25,998 nt of DNA from Candidatus Methylomirabilia bacterium (GTDB taxonomy: Bacteria; Methylomirabilota; Methylomirabilia; Rokubacteriales; CSP1-6), in assembly GCA_041492755.1 (NCBI GenBank), contig JBGPXN010000059.1:1-25998 (forward strand), written 5' to 3'. Positions 15,280 through 24,440 of this stretch are shown here, in pieces; position 1 is the first letter of the stretch, and the number at the start of each line of letters is the position of its first letter. The notes beneath the pieces were generated by a model, which was not told the origin of the DNA, ran no database searches, and was given only the letters and a program-made list of their open reading frames with translations. The translations under genes and the position numbers were made by a program.

Positions 15280-16152
15280 CTGGAGCAGCTGTCGCAGCAC
15301 CTGGTGAATGGGCTGGTGCTGGGCGGGACGTACGCCCTGCTCGGCATCGGCCTCACCTTGATCTTCGGCCTCATGAACGTCGTGAACTTCGCCCACGGCG
15401 AGTTCTACGCCCTCGGCGCGTACGTGGCGTTCGCGGCCGTCGCCCTGGCCGGGCTGCATTTCTTCCTGGCCATCGCCGTCGCCATCGTCGCGGGCGTCGT
15501 CCTGGGCGGGCTCTGCGAGCGGGTCGTGTTGCGCCCGCTGCGCGGTGAGTCGATCGACACCGTCATGCTGGTCATGATCGGGCTGTGGATCGCCATGCAG
15601 AACACCGAGCTGCTGGCCTGGGGCGGGGTCGCCAAGAGCGTGCCCCATCCTTTCCCCACCGCGCCCCTCGTGCTTGGACCGCTCTCGATCGCGCCCCTGC
15701 GGCTGTTCGTCCTCGTCGCCGCCTTCGTCCTCATCGCCGGCGTCCATCTGCTCGTTCACCGTACGCGTCTCGGTCGCGCTATGCGGGCGACGTTCCAGGA
15801 CGCGGATACCGCCGCGCTGATGGGTGTTCGCATCCACCGGATCAACACGGCGACCTTCGCGCTGGGCTCCGGCCTGGCCGCCGCCGCCGGCGCGCTGCTC
15901 GGACCGGTCTTCCTCGTCTACCCTTCCATGGGCGATCTCGCCTCGCTCAAGGCGTTCTCCGTCGTGATCCTCGGCGGTCTCGGCAACCTGGCGGGCGCGA
16001 CCGCAGGCGGTCTGCTCCTCGGCATCGCCGAAGAGCTCGGCGCGGGCTACGTGTCCTCGGGCTATCGCGACGCGGCCGGCTTCGTGATCATCATCCTGGT
16101 CCTGCTGCTGCGCCCCTCCGGTCTCTTCGCGCGCGCCGAACGGATCGGATGA
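15280..16152 (+). CDS. livH: Branched-chain amino acid ABC transporter permease (LivH-like); start uncertain
   Basis: LVNGLVLGGTYALLGIGLTLIFGLMNVVNFAHG, TRLGRAMRA, VILGGLG, LRPSGLF. No in-frame ATG at the expected start; CTG 15280 or GTG 15304 are candidates. Confidence 0.88.
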   Translation: MEQLSQHLVNGLVLGGTYALLGIGLTLIFGLMNVVNFAHGEFYALGAYVAFAAVALAGLHFFLAIAVAIVAGVVLGGLCERVVLRPLRGESIDTVMLVMIGLWIAMQNTELLAWGGVAKSVPHPFPTAPLVLGPLSIAPLRLFVLVAAFVLIAGVHLLVHRTRLGRAMRATFQDADTAALMGVRIHRINTATFALGSGLAAAAGALLGPVFLVYPSMGDLASLKAFSVVILGGLGNLAGATAGGLLLGIAEELGAGYVSSGYRDAAGFVIIILVLLLRPSGLFARAERIG

Positions 16153-16162
16153 CGCCCGCTCC

Positions 16163-17989
16163 ATGAGCCGGCTCGGCCGCGGCCTGCTGGCGACGGCCGC
16201 GCTGCTGGCGCCGTTCTGGCTGCAGAATCCGTACTACCTGCACGTCGCGATCATGGCGGGCATCTTCGCCGTGCTCGCCATGAGCCTGAATCTCCTGCTC
16301 GGCTACACCGGCCAGCTCTCGCTCGGGCACGCGGCGTTCTTCGGCATCGGCGCCTACACGTCCGCGCTCCTCACGCTGCAACGCGAGTGGTCGTTCTGGC
16401 TCGCGCTGCCGGCGGCGGTGGCCCTGGCCGGGGTGGCGGGCTGGGCCATCGGCCGGCTCGCCCTCAAGCTGCGTGGCGCGTACTTCGTGCTGGTGACGAT
16501 CAGCTTCGCGGGCGTCGTGTCGCTGGTGAGCGTGAACTGGATGGAGCTCACCAATGGTCCGCTCGGGTTGCCGGGCATCCCGGTGCCGACGCTCGGGCCG
16601 TGGAGCCTTCGCAGCAAGACGGCGTACTACTACCTCGTCCTCGCCGGCGCCGCGCTCTCCTGGCTCGTTTGCCGGCGTCTCGTCCACTCGCGTATCGGTC
16701 GCGCGTTCGTGGCGCTGCGCGAAAACGAGCCGCTGGCCGAGTCGGTCGGCGTCGACGGCACCCGCTATCTTGTGATCGCGGCGGTCGTGAGCGCCGGCAT
16801 GGCGGGGATGGCCGGGAGCCTGTACGCGCACTACACGAAGTTCGTGAGCCCCGAGGTTTTCCTCTTCACCTATACGGTGACGATGGTGATCATGGTCATC
16901 GCCGGCGGCAAAGGCACGCTGGCCGGGCCAGTCGTCGGCGCGGTGCTGTTCACCGCGCTGCCGGAGGCGCTCCGCGAAGCCACGTCGTGGCAGTGGCAGA
17001 TGCTCGCGTACGGCGTGATCCTTCTGCTCCTCGTGTTCTTCTTGCCGAGCGGCATCGTGCCGGCCCTTTCAGCCCGACGGCGGACGCCCACGGAGACGCC
17101 GGCACCGCTGCCCGCGGCGAAGGGCCATGCGGTCGGGGCGGCGTCATCGCCGCCCCCCATCGCGCCAACGCGGGCGGCGGGTGGAGGGCACGCGGCGCTG
17201 CCCAAGCGCCCGGCGCCGGCGGGGGCGCGACTGCAGGTACGCGATCTCACCGTCCGGTTCGGCGGCGTCGCCGCCCTCGGCGGCGTGTCGTTCGACGTCG
17301 AGCCGGGAACGATCACGAGCCTCATCGGACCGAACGGCGCCGGCAAGACCACGGCGTTCAACGCGATCACCGGCTACTTGACACCCACCGGCGGCGACGT
17401 GGTCTTCGCGGACGGCCGCCTCTCCGGCTTGCGGCCGTGTGACGTCGCGCGCCGCGGCGTGGTGCGGACGTTCCAGAAGACCAGCGTGTTCCCGGCCCTC
17501 ACCGTCACCGACAACGTCATGATCGGCCTGCACCTGCAGGGCCGCGCCGGGCTCGCCGGCACCATCGCGCGCCGGCGTCGCGTGCAGGATGAAGAGGCCG
17601 GACTGGCGGCGCAGGCGGTCGACATCATCGAGTTCGTCGGCCTCACCAGTCGGCGCGACGAGGTCGCGAGCGCCTTGTCCTACGGAGAACTGCGGCTGGT
17701 CGAGCTCGCGGTCGCTCTGGCGGCCGCGCCGCGGCTGTTGCTGCTGGACGAGCCCGCGGCCGGCCTGACCACGGCGGAGAAGACCGCGGTGAGCGCGCTG
17801 ATCCGGGCGATCCGCGAACAGGGGGTGACGATCTTCCTCGTGGAGCACGACATGCGGCTCGTCATGGACGTCAGCGACACCGTCATCGTGCTCAACCATG
17901 GCCGGGTCATCGCGCGCGGCGCGCCCGCCGCCGTGCAGGCCGACCCCGAAGTCATCCGCGCGTACCTGGGAGGCGCCGGTGCCGCCTGA
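16163..17989 (+). CDS. Fused LivM-like permease and LivG-like ATPase
   Basis: LNLLLGYTGQLSLGHAAFFGIGAY permease, Pro/Ala linker, then GPNGAGKT, RTFQ, LSYG, LLLLDEP, VEHDM, AYLG. Confidence 0.92.
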   Translation: MSRLGRGLLATAALLAPFWLQNPYYLHVAIMAGIFAVLAMSLNLLLGYTGQLSLGHAAFFGIGAYTSALLTLQREWSFWLALPAAVALAGVAGWAIGRLALKLRGAYFVLVTISFAGVVSLVSVNWMELTNGPLGLPGIPVPTLGPWSLRSKTAYYYLVLAGAALSWLVCRRLVHSRIGRAFVALRENEPLAESVGVDGTRYLVIAAVVSAGMAGMAGSLYAHYTKFVSPEVFLFTYTVTMVIMVIAGGKGTLAGPVVGAVLFTALPEALREATSWQWQMLAYGVILLLLVFFLPSGIVPALSARRRTPTETPAPLPAAKGHAVGAASSPPPIAPTRAAGGGHAALPKRPAPAGARLQVRDLTVRFGGVAALGGVSFDVEPGTITSLIGPNGAGKTTAFNAITGYLTPTGGDVVFADGRLSGLRPCDVARRGVVRTFQKTSVFPALTVTDNVMIGLHLQGRAGLAGTIARRRRVQDEEAGLAAQAVDIIEFVGLTSRRDEVASALSYGELRLVELAVALAAAPRLLLLDEPAAGLTTAEKTAVSALIRAIREQGVTIFLVEHDMRLVMDVSDTVIVLNHGRVIARGAPAAVQADPEVIRAYLGGAGAA

Positions 17990-18701
17990 CGGCGCGCTGC
18001 TCCGCCTGGAAAGCGTGCGTGCAGGTTACGGGCCGGTGGTCGCCCTGCGCGACGTGGACCTGGAAGTCCGGCCCGGCGAGCTCGTCTGCCTGCTCGGCGC
18101 CAACGGCGCCGGCAAGACGTCGACCCTGCGCACGATCTCCGGGCTGCTCGTCCCGCAGCACGGGCGGATCGTGTTCGCGGGCCGTGACATCCACGGGCGC
18201 GAGCCGGCGGACATCCTCGAGGCCGGCATCGCGCACTGCCCGGAAGGCCGCCGGGTGTTCCCGCACCTGACCGTCGCCGAGAACCTCGACATGGGGGCCT
18301 ACGTTCGGCGCGACCGGCGCGCCGTGGAGGCGGACACCGCGCAGGTCTGCGACCATTTCCCGATCTTGCGCGAGCGCTGGCGCCAGATGGCCGGGACACT
18401 GTCCGGCGGCGAGCAGCAGATGCTCGCCATCGCGCGCGCGCTCATGGCCCGCCCCCGCCTGATCCTCTTCGACGAGCCCTCGCTCGGTCTCGCCCCCACC
18501 ATGGTGGAAACGACGTTCGAGATCATCGCCGACATCCGCCGCCGGGGCACGACCGTCTTGATGGTCGAGCAGAACGCGTTCCTCGCCCTGCGAATGGCCG
18601 ATCGCGCCTACGTCATGGAAACCGGGAGGATCGTCCTCGCGGGCGCCGCCGCCGATCTGCTGGCAGATGATCACGTCCGTCGCGCCTACTTGGGCGGATA
18701 G
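17979..18701 (+). CDS. livF: ABC transporter ATPase (LivF-like)
   Basis: GTG after GGAGG; GANGAGKT, PEGRRVF, LSGGEQQML, DEPSLGLAP, VEQN. Confidence 0.92.
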   Translation: MPPDGALLRLESVRAGYGPVVALRDVDLEVRPGELVCLLGANGAGKTSTLRTISGLLVPQHGRIVFAGRDIHGREPADILEAGIAHCPEGRRVFPHLTVAENLDMGAYVRRDRRAVEADTAQVCDHFPILRERWRQMAGTLSGGEQQMLAIARALMARPRLILFDEPSLGLAPTMVETTFEIIADIRRRGTTVLMVEQNAFLALRMADRAYVMETGRIVLAGAAADLLADDHVRRAYLGG

Positions 18702-18710
18702 CCGGCGGCC

Positions 18711-18964
18711 TCACCGCGCGATCGGTAAGTCGACGCGGTTTCCCCACTGGGCCCACGAACGGTCATACCCCGCCAGCGACGGAAAGCCGAGCATACGCAG
18801 GATGAAGTATAGTCTCCTGGGTCGGTGCCCATGTCCACGACGCGCAGCCCCGGGTCGGCGAGTCGGGGCTGCAGCCAACGCGCGTCGACCAGCAGCGGCG
18901 CATTCTGCGCCGCCGCGGGCGACACCAAGAGCAGGAGCGCAGCGAACAGCGGGACCAGCGGCAT
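18711..18964 (-). pseudogene. Secreted sulfurtransferase (tandem rhodanese, SseA-like) remnant with a large frameshifting internal deletion
   Basis: Signal peptide plus LLVDARWLQPRLADPGLRVVDM in one frame, joined near 18810 to YFILRMLGFPSLAGYDRSWAQWGNRVDLPIAR* in another (rhodanese C-terminal YDGSW.EW signature). Confidence 0.85.
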
Positions 18965-19006
18965 GCCGGCATTATCCACCCCCCGTGCTACGATTCCCCA
19001 TCCGGC

Positions 19007-22000
19007 GTGGACTCACATCCCCGGATCCCAGAGCCGTACCGGCTTCTCTTCGAGAAGAATCCCCATCCCATGTGGGTGTTCGACCGCCAGACGTTCGCCT
19101 TCGTGGCCGTCAACGACGCCGCCGTCCGTCACTACGGATACTCCGCCGACGAATTCCTCGGAATGAGCGTCAAGGACATTCGGCCGCCGGAGACGGTGCG
19201 CGCGCTCGTGGAGAGCGTGACCGCACGGTCCGAGCAGGGAATCGTCGACGCCGGCACGTGGCAGCACCGGCGGAAGGACGGCTCGACCATCGAGGTCGAG
19301 GTGACCGTACAGGATTTCGAAGCCGACGGGCGGCTGCTCACGCTGGTCCTTCCTCACGACGTCACCGCGCACCGCCAGACGGAGGCCGCGCTTCGCCGGC
19401 GCGTGAAGGAAGCGGGCTCCATGCTCGAGGTCAGTCGCGCCATCAGCGGCGCGCTCGATCTCCACGCGGTGTTCGACCTGATCGTCGACCGGGCCTGCCT
19501 GCTGTTGAACACGCGACGCTCGGGCCTCGCCATCGTCACCCCCGAGCAGAGCGACTTCGTCATCGAATTCGTCGCCGGGCGCGGGCTGAGCGCGCAGTTC
19601 GCCCAGCGCGTGCGCCCCCTGCACTGGCGGGACGGCACCACGCCGATGGCGATTCACGAGCGGCGCCCGATCTGGACCGCGGACATCCTGAACGATCCCG
19701 CGCTCGAGCTCACGCCGGGCACCCGGCACGGCATCGAAGCCGAGGGTTACCGCGCCGTCCTTTCGGCGCCGCTTCTGGCCAACGAGCGCGTGCTCGGTGC
19801 CCTCGTCGTGTACCACGACGAGGTTCGGCCGTTCAGCCCGGAGGAAGTCGATCTCCTGCAAGTGTTCGCCGTGCAGGCGGCCATCGCCCTGGACAACGCG
19901 CGGTTGTTCGAGGAGGCCGAGCGCCGCCGCCGCGAGGCGGAAGTGCTCGCCGAGCTGGCCAGCACGATCGGCGGCTCGCTCGACATCGACACCGTGCTCG
20001 AGCGCGTGGTCCAGGGGGCCCAGGACCTTTGTCAGAGCGATATCGCCGTGGTGGCCCTGCGGGAGCCCGCCACGGGCGAGATGCTGTTTCGCCGCCGGCT
20101 CGGCATCCGGGGGCCGAACACCGAGTTCCACATCGAGCCGGGCAAGGGCTGCGGCGGCCGCGTGCTGGTCACCGGCGAGCCATTCCGCACGGACGACTAT
20201 CGGACCGACCCCCGCGTCACCCGCGACTACGCGGCGGACGCAGCCCGGGAAGAGATCGTGGCCGTCGTGGTGGTGCCGATCCGGAGCGAGCGCCGGATCG
20301 ACGGGCTTCTCTACGTCGCGAACCGGACGGCCAGGCCCTTCAGCGATCGGGACGAAGCCGTCCTGCGGCGGCTCGCGGATCACGTCGGCGTCGCCGTCAG
20401 GAACGCCCGGCTGTTCGAGGAGACCGAACGGCGCCGGCGGGAAGCCGAGACGCTGGCGGGTGTGGGTCGGCTCATCTCGCAGTCGCTGGAGACGGAGGAG
20501 GTCGGCCGGCGCATCACCCAAAGCACGCGGCGCCTCCTCGGCGCGCGCACCGCGGTGCTCCTCCGCAAGCGCCCCGACTCGGACGATCTCGATCGGTTGG
20601 CCGGGAGCGGCAGCGGGCTCGGTCCCGTCCTCGTCCCGGCGGGCCAGGGCGCGTCGGGCCGCGCGCTTCGGGAACGCCGCCCCGTGATCACCCAAGACCT
20701 CCTGAACGACCCCCGGCTCATCGTGCCCCCGTCGCTACGCGAAAGCCTCATCGCCGACGACCGGCGCTCCGTCCTCGCGGTGCCGTTGTTCGCGCAGGAA
20801 GCCGTCGTCGGCGTGCTCGTCATCACCGACCGTCAGGGCCGGGTCTTCCGCGACGAGGAGATCCGGCTCGTGCAAGTTTTCGCCGACCAGGCGGCGCTCG
20901 CGCTGGAAAACGCGCGGCTCTACGCGGAGGTGCGCACGCAGCTCCGGCAGCTCGAGAACGCGCAAGCTCAGCTGCTGCAGGCGGGCAAGCTCGCCGCCGT
21001 CGGCCAGCTCATCGGCGGCGTCGCCCACGAGCTGAACAATCCGCTCGCCGTCGTCGTCGGGCACGCCCAGCTCCTGCAGCACAAGGCCCCGGATCCCGCC
21101 GTCCGCGACCGCGCCGACAAGATCCTTCTCGCCGCCCATCGCGCCGCCCGCATCGTGAAGGAGCTGCAGAACTTCGCGCGGCCGAGCGAGCCCCATCTGT
21201 CCGTGGTCAACCTCGCCGACGTGACCGAGCGCGTCCTGGCCTTGCGCGAACACTCGCTCCGCGTGAGCGGCATCTCGGTCGCGCGCGAGATCCAGCGCGA
21301 CGTCCCGCCCGTCCTCGGCGACGCCACACAGCTCGAGCAGGTGATGCTCAACCTGCTGCTCAACGCCGAGCACGCCTGCCGGGCCAACGGCGGTCGCACG
21401 ATCACCGTCGGACTTGCCGCCGGCGACGGCCTCGTGCGCGTGACCGTCGATGACGACGGGGCGGGCATCCCGCCGGACGTGCTGCCCCGCATCTTCGAGC
21501 CCTTCTACACCACCAAACCCGTGGGGCAAGGCACCGGGCTGGGTCTGTCGATCTGCTACAGCATCGTGGAGGCCCACCGCGGCCGCCTCGTGGCCGAAAG
21601 CCCGCCCGGGCGCGGCGCTCGCATGACCATCGAGCTGCCGCTTCACGATCAGGACGCCGCCGTCCTCGTGGCGCCGGCGATCATGGCCCCGCCAGTGCTC
21701 AGGGCCGGCCACGTTCTCGTCATCGACGATGAGAAGGACGTGGCCGACACGCTGCGCGCGTTGCTCGAGGACCTCGGGCAGGCGGTGACGGTCGCGAGCA
21801 GCGGTGAGGCGGGCTGGCGATGCCTCACGTCGACGAACGCGCCCTACGACGTCGTCACCCTCGATCTCAAGATGCCGGACCTGTCCGGTCAGAAGCTCTG
21901 GAAGCGGCTGGTGGCCAGCGGCAGTCCGTTCACCGAGCGCATCGTCTTCATCACCGGGGACACGGTGGAGCCGGAGACGCAGGAGTTCTTGCGATCGGCC

Positions 22001-22078
22001 GGCCGGCCCGTCATCGACAAGCCGTTCGGCCCCGCCACCCTGGCCACGATCCTCGCCGACCACCTCGGGCCCGTGTAG
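19007..22078 (+). CDS. Cytoplasmic hybrid histidine kinase PAS-GAF-GAF-GAF-HisKA-HATPase-REC
   Basis: PAS (NPHPMWVFD, VNDAA, HRRKDG); three GAFs each ending NARL; AHELNNPL; NLLLNA; GTGLGL; REC (IDDE, LDLKMP, KP). Confidence 0.93.
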   Translation: MDSHPRIPEPYRLLFEKNPHPMWVFDRQTFAFVAVNDAAVRHYGYSADEFLGMSVKDIRPPETVRALVESVTARSEQGIVDAGTWQHRRKDGSTIEVEVTVQDFEADGRLLTLVLPHDVTAHRQTEAALRRRVKEAGSMLEVSRAISGALDLHAVFDLIVDRACLLLNTRRSGLAIVTPEQSDFVIEFVAGRGLSAQFAQRVRPLHWRDGTTPMAIHERRPIWTADILNDPALELTPGTRHGIEAEGYRAVLSAPLLANERVLGALVVYHDEVRPFSPEEVDLLQVFAVQAAIALDNARLFEEAERRRREAEVLAELASTIGGSLDIDTVLERVVQGAQDLCQSDIAVVALREPATGEMLFRRRLGIRGPNTEFHIEPGKGCGGRVLVTGEPFRTDDYRTDPRVTRDYAADAAREEIVAVVVVPIRSERRIDGLLYVANRTARPFSDRDEAVLRRLADHVGVAVRNARLFEETERRRREAETLAGVGRLISQSLETEEVGRRITQSTRRLLGARTAVLLRKRPDSDDLDRLAGSGSGLGPVLVPAGQGASGRALRERRPVITQDLLNDPRLIVPPSLRESLIADDRRSVLAVPLFAQEAVVGVLVITDRQGRVFRDEEIRLVQVFADQAALALENARLYAEVRTQLRQLENAQAQLLQAGKLAAVGQLIGGVAHELNNPLAVVVGHAQLLQHKAPDPAVRDRADKILLAAHRAARIVKELQNFARPSEPHLSVVNLADVTERVLALREHSLRVSGISVAREIQRDVPPVLGDATQLEQVMLNLLLNAEHACRANGGRTITVGLAAGDGLVRVTVDDDGAGIPPDVLPRIFEPFYTTKPVGQGTGLGLSICYSIVEAHRGRLVAESPPGRGARMTIELPLHDQDAAVLVAPAIMAPPVLRAGHVLVIDDEKDVADTLRALLEDLGQAVTVASSGEAGWRCLTSTNAPYDVVTLDLKMPDLSGQKLWKRLVASGSPFTERIVFITGDTVEPETQEFLRSAGRPVIDKPFGPATLATILADHLGPV

Positions 22079-22156
22079 CGTCCTGCGGCTTGCTCCCCCG
22101 GGCGCGCCGGCGAGGCGAGCCTGCGCCGCCGCCGCGCATTCTCTTGCAAGGCCTGC

Positions 22157-22171
22157 TGGCATTCGATTTGC
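22157..22171 (+). promoter_or_regulatory. Putative sigma54 promoter
   Basis: TGGCATTCGATTTGC (GG-N10-GC) in an intergenic region upstream of plus-strand genes. Confidence 0.6.
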
Positions 22172-22187
22172 GGCGCCAGAGTGTGAA

Positions 22188-22274
22188 ATGGGCGGCAAGG
22201 TGCGCGTCGCGACGATCGCCGGTATCCCGATCTACACGTCCTGCTCCTGGGTGGCGCCGGGCGCGGCCCGGTGA
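22188..22274 (+). pseudogene. N-terminal stub of a site-2 (M50) zinc protease-like gene
   Basis: MGGKVRVATIAGIPIYTSCSWV resembles M50 N-termini (..RI.GIPI..H.SW). It ends APGAAR* after 28 aa, with no HExxH. Confidence 0.55.
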
Positions 22275-22299
22275 CTGGGCACGACGAGACACCGCCGGC

Positions 22300-23100
22300 A
22301 TGGCGACGCGTGGCCTGAAGAACCGGGCCCCGGCGGCGAGCGGCATCGGCTCGGCCGGTCAGCCGGTCGTCGACCAGTCGTACTGGGATCAGCACAACGC
22401 GGAGATCGCCCTCCGGTATGACCCCACACACGTCGCGTTCTCGGCGCTCTTCGATCGCTACGTTCCCCGCGCCGGGCCGAACGCCACGTGCTTCGAGGTC
22501 GGTTGCTATCCCGGGAACTTCCTCATCCACTTCGGCCGCCGGTTCGGCTACCGCGCCAGCGGCATCGACGCCACCCCGCTCGTGCTCGACCGGATGCGGC
22601 AGTACCTCGAGGCGCACGACGTCGTGGTGCACCGGCTCTACCAGGGCGACTTCTTCACGTTCGACTCGCCCGAGCCGTACGAGCTCGTGTGCTCGTTCGG
22701 CTTCGTCGAGCACTTCGAGCGGTTCGAGGACGTTCTCGGGCGGCACGTCGACCTCGTGAAGCCCGGCGGCACGCTCGTCGTGTCGTGCCCGAACTTTCGC
22801 GGCCTTCAGTACGTTCTCCATCGCGTGCTCGACGGCGCGAACCTCCAGCGCCACGTGCTGCGCGCGATGGACGTCGGGCGCTGGCGGCGGCGGCTGGAGG
22901 CGCGCGGGATGCAAATCGTCCACGACGGGTACCACGGGACCATGGACTTCTGGTCAGATTCGCCGGCCCAGACTCCGTTCCACCAATCGGCCGCCCGTTT
23001 CGTCCGGCGCGCCGCTCAGGCGTTGGATCGCCGCTTCCACTGGCCCAATCGCCTCACGTCCCCGCACCTGATCAGCATCTCGCGCAAGCCGGCGCGGTGA
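22300..23100 (+). CDS. Class I SAM-dependent methyltransferase
   Basis: FEVGCYPG, SGID, GDFF, YELVCSFGFVEHF, LVKPGG, PNF. Start approximate. Confidence 0.85.
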   Translation: MATRGLKNRAPAASGIGSAGQPVVDQSYWDQHNAEIALRYDPTHVAFSALFDRYVPRAGPNATCFEVGCYPGNFLIHFGRRFGYRASGIDATPLVLDRMRQYLEAHDVVVHRLYQGDFFTFDSPEPYELVCSFGFVEHFERFEDVLGRHVDLVKPGGTLVVSCPNFRGLQYVLHRVLDGANLQRHVLRAMDVGRWRRRLEARGMQIVHDGYHGTMDFWSDSPAQTPFHQSAARFVRRAAQALDRRFHWPNRLTSPHLISISRKPAR

Positions 23101-23121
23101 GCGCGGCCGGGTTGGCGACGG

Positions 23122-24312
23122 CTAGTCGACCGCGCCGCGCGCCCGGCGATGCGCGCGGGAGAATGCGGCGAGCGCGGCGAGACTGGCAACGCTGAAGCCG
23201 GCGCCCGCGACGATCAGCGCCGTTTCCATCCCGGCACGGTCCACGAGCGCGCCGAGCGCCGGGCCGGTGACGACGAAGGCCAGCCTGAAGAGCAGCGCTG
23301 CCAGTGAGAGCACCGCCGCCCGGTCTTCGGGCGGGGCATCTTCCTGGATGACGCTCGCGACGATCGGGCCCTGCAGGCCGCGCAGCGTCATGAAGCAGAG
23401 ATAGAACCCGGCGCCCCACCACGACGCGCTCGCCGCCAGCCCCGCGTAGCCGAGCGGAATGAGCAGCCAGCAGACGAGCAGCGCGCCCCGCACGCCGAAG
23501 ATCTCCCGTACCCGCGCGCTGACGAGCGACACGCCGGCCAGCCAGAGATGCGCGCCGGCCCAGAACGGGCCGAACCACGCCACCGGCACGCTCCGCGCCT
23601 GCATGTACGGCTGGATCAGCCAGACCATCACGAAGCTCGACAGGCCGAGCGTGACCGCGAGTCCGAGGGTGGCCGGCAGCCGTCGATGCCGCCAGAGGCT
23701 GAAGCGCAGCACGTGCACGGCCCGCCGCAGGTGCGATCCGTCCGTCGCCTTCGGCCGCGGGACTTCCGCGAGGGCGATCACGGTCGCCAGCGCCATCGCC
23801 GCCGCCGGCACCTGCATCCAGAGCGGCAACCGCGGGTGCAGCGCGTAGAGCCATCCGCCGACGGCGGCGCTCGCCGCCTCGCTCGTCTGTGCGGCTGCGC
23901 GCACCCGACCGTCCCAGCGCAGGTACTCGTCCTTCCGGTCCGCGGCCTCGAGTGACACCCAGAGCAGCGCGCGATCGGCGCCGGAGATGAACGCCGACGC
24001 CGCACCCAGGATGCTCTCGGCCACCACGATGGCGGCGAAGCTCTCGCCCCTCGCATACGCGATCCAGCCGATGATCGCGAGGATCGCGCCCACCAGCAGC
24101 GAGGCGCGGTACCCGACCCGATCGGCGAGGTAGCCGGAGGGAAACTCCAGCAGCACGATGGCCACCCCGAACACCGCCTGGAGCACCATAATGTCGGTGA
24201 CCGACATCCCGATCTGGTCCTTCCAGAACAGCGTGATGACCGGGATGGCGAAGAGCGTGAAGTGCAGCCCGGAGAGCGCGACGAGCAGCCGTGGGTTGGA
24301 GGTCAGCGACAC
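23122..24312 (-). CDS. MFS transporter
   Basis: About 12 hydrophobic segments; EFPSGYLADRVGYR (motif A); SGADRALL. Confidence 0.9.
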   Translation of the reverse strand: MSLTSNPRLLVALSGLHFTLFAIPVITLFWKDQIGMSVTDIMVLQAVFGVAIVLLEFPSGYLADRVGYRASLLVGAILAIIGWIAYARGESFAAIVVAESILGAASAFISGADRALLWVSLEAADRKDEYLRWDGRVRAAAQTSEAASAAVGGWLYALHPRLPLWMQVPAAAMALATVIALAEVPRPKATDGSHLRRAVHVLRFSLWRHRRLPATLGLAVTLGLSSFVMVWLIQPYMQARSVPVAWFGPFWAGAHLWLAGVSLVSARVREIFGVRGALLVCWLLIPLGYAGLAASASWWGAGFYLCFMTLRGLQGPIVASVIQEDAPPEDRAAVLSLAALLFRLAFVVTGPALGALVDRAGMETALIVAGAGFSVASLAALAAFSRAHRRARGAVD

Positions 24313-24440
24313 GTGGTCATCCGCCGGGGGGTCAGCATCGACGTGGAGACCGATGATAACGCGGGGTCGCGAGGTGGTCTGGAGATCGAGCGCCGGTTCG
24401 TAGTACCGTTCCGCCGTGCAATCAGCGAGGAGGCGGGTCC

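Noticed and set aside
18667..21453. 928-aa Arg/Pro-rich ORF
   Set aside because: Alternative frame overlapping the PAS-GAF kinase; low-complexity composition.
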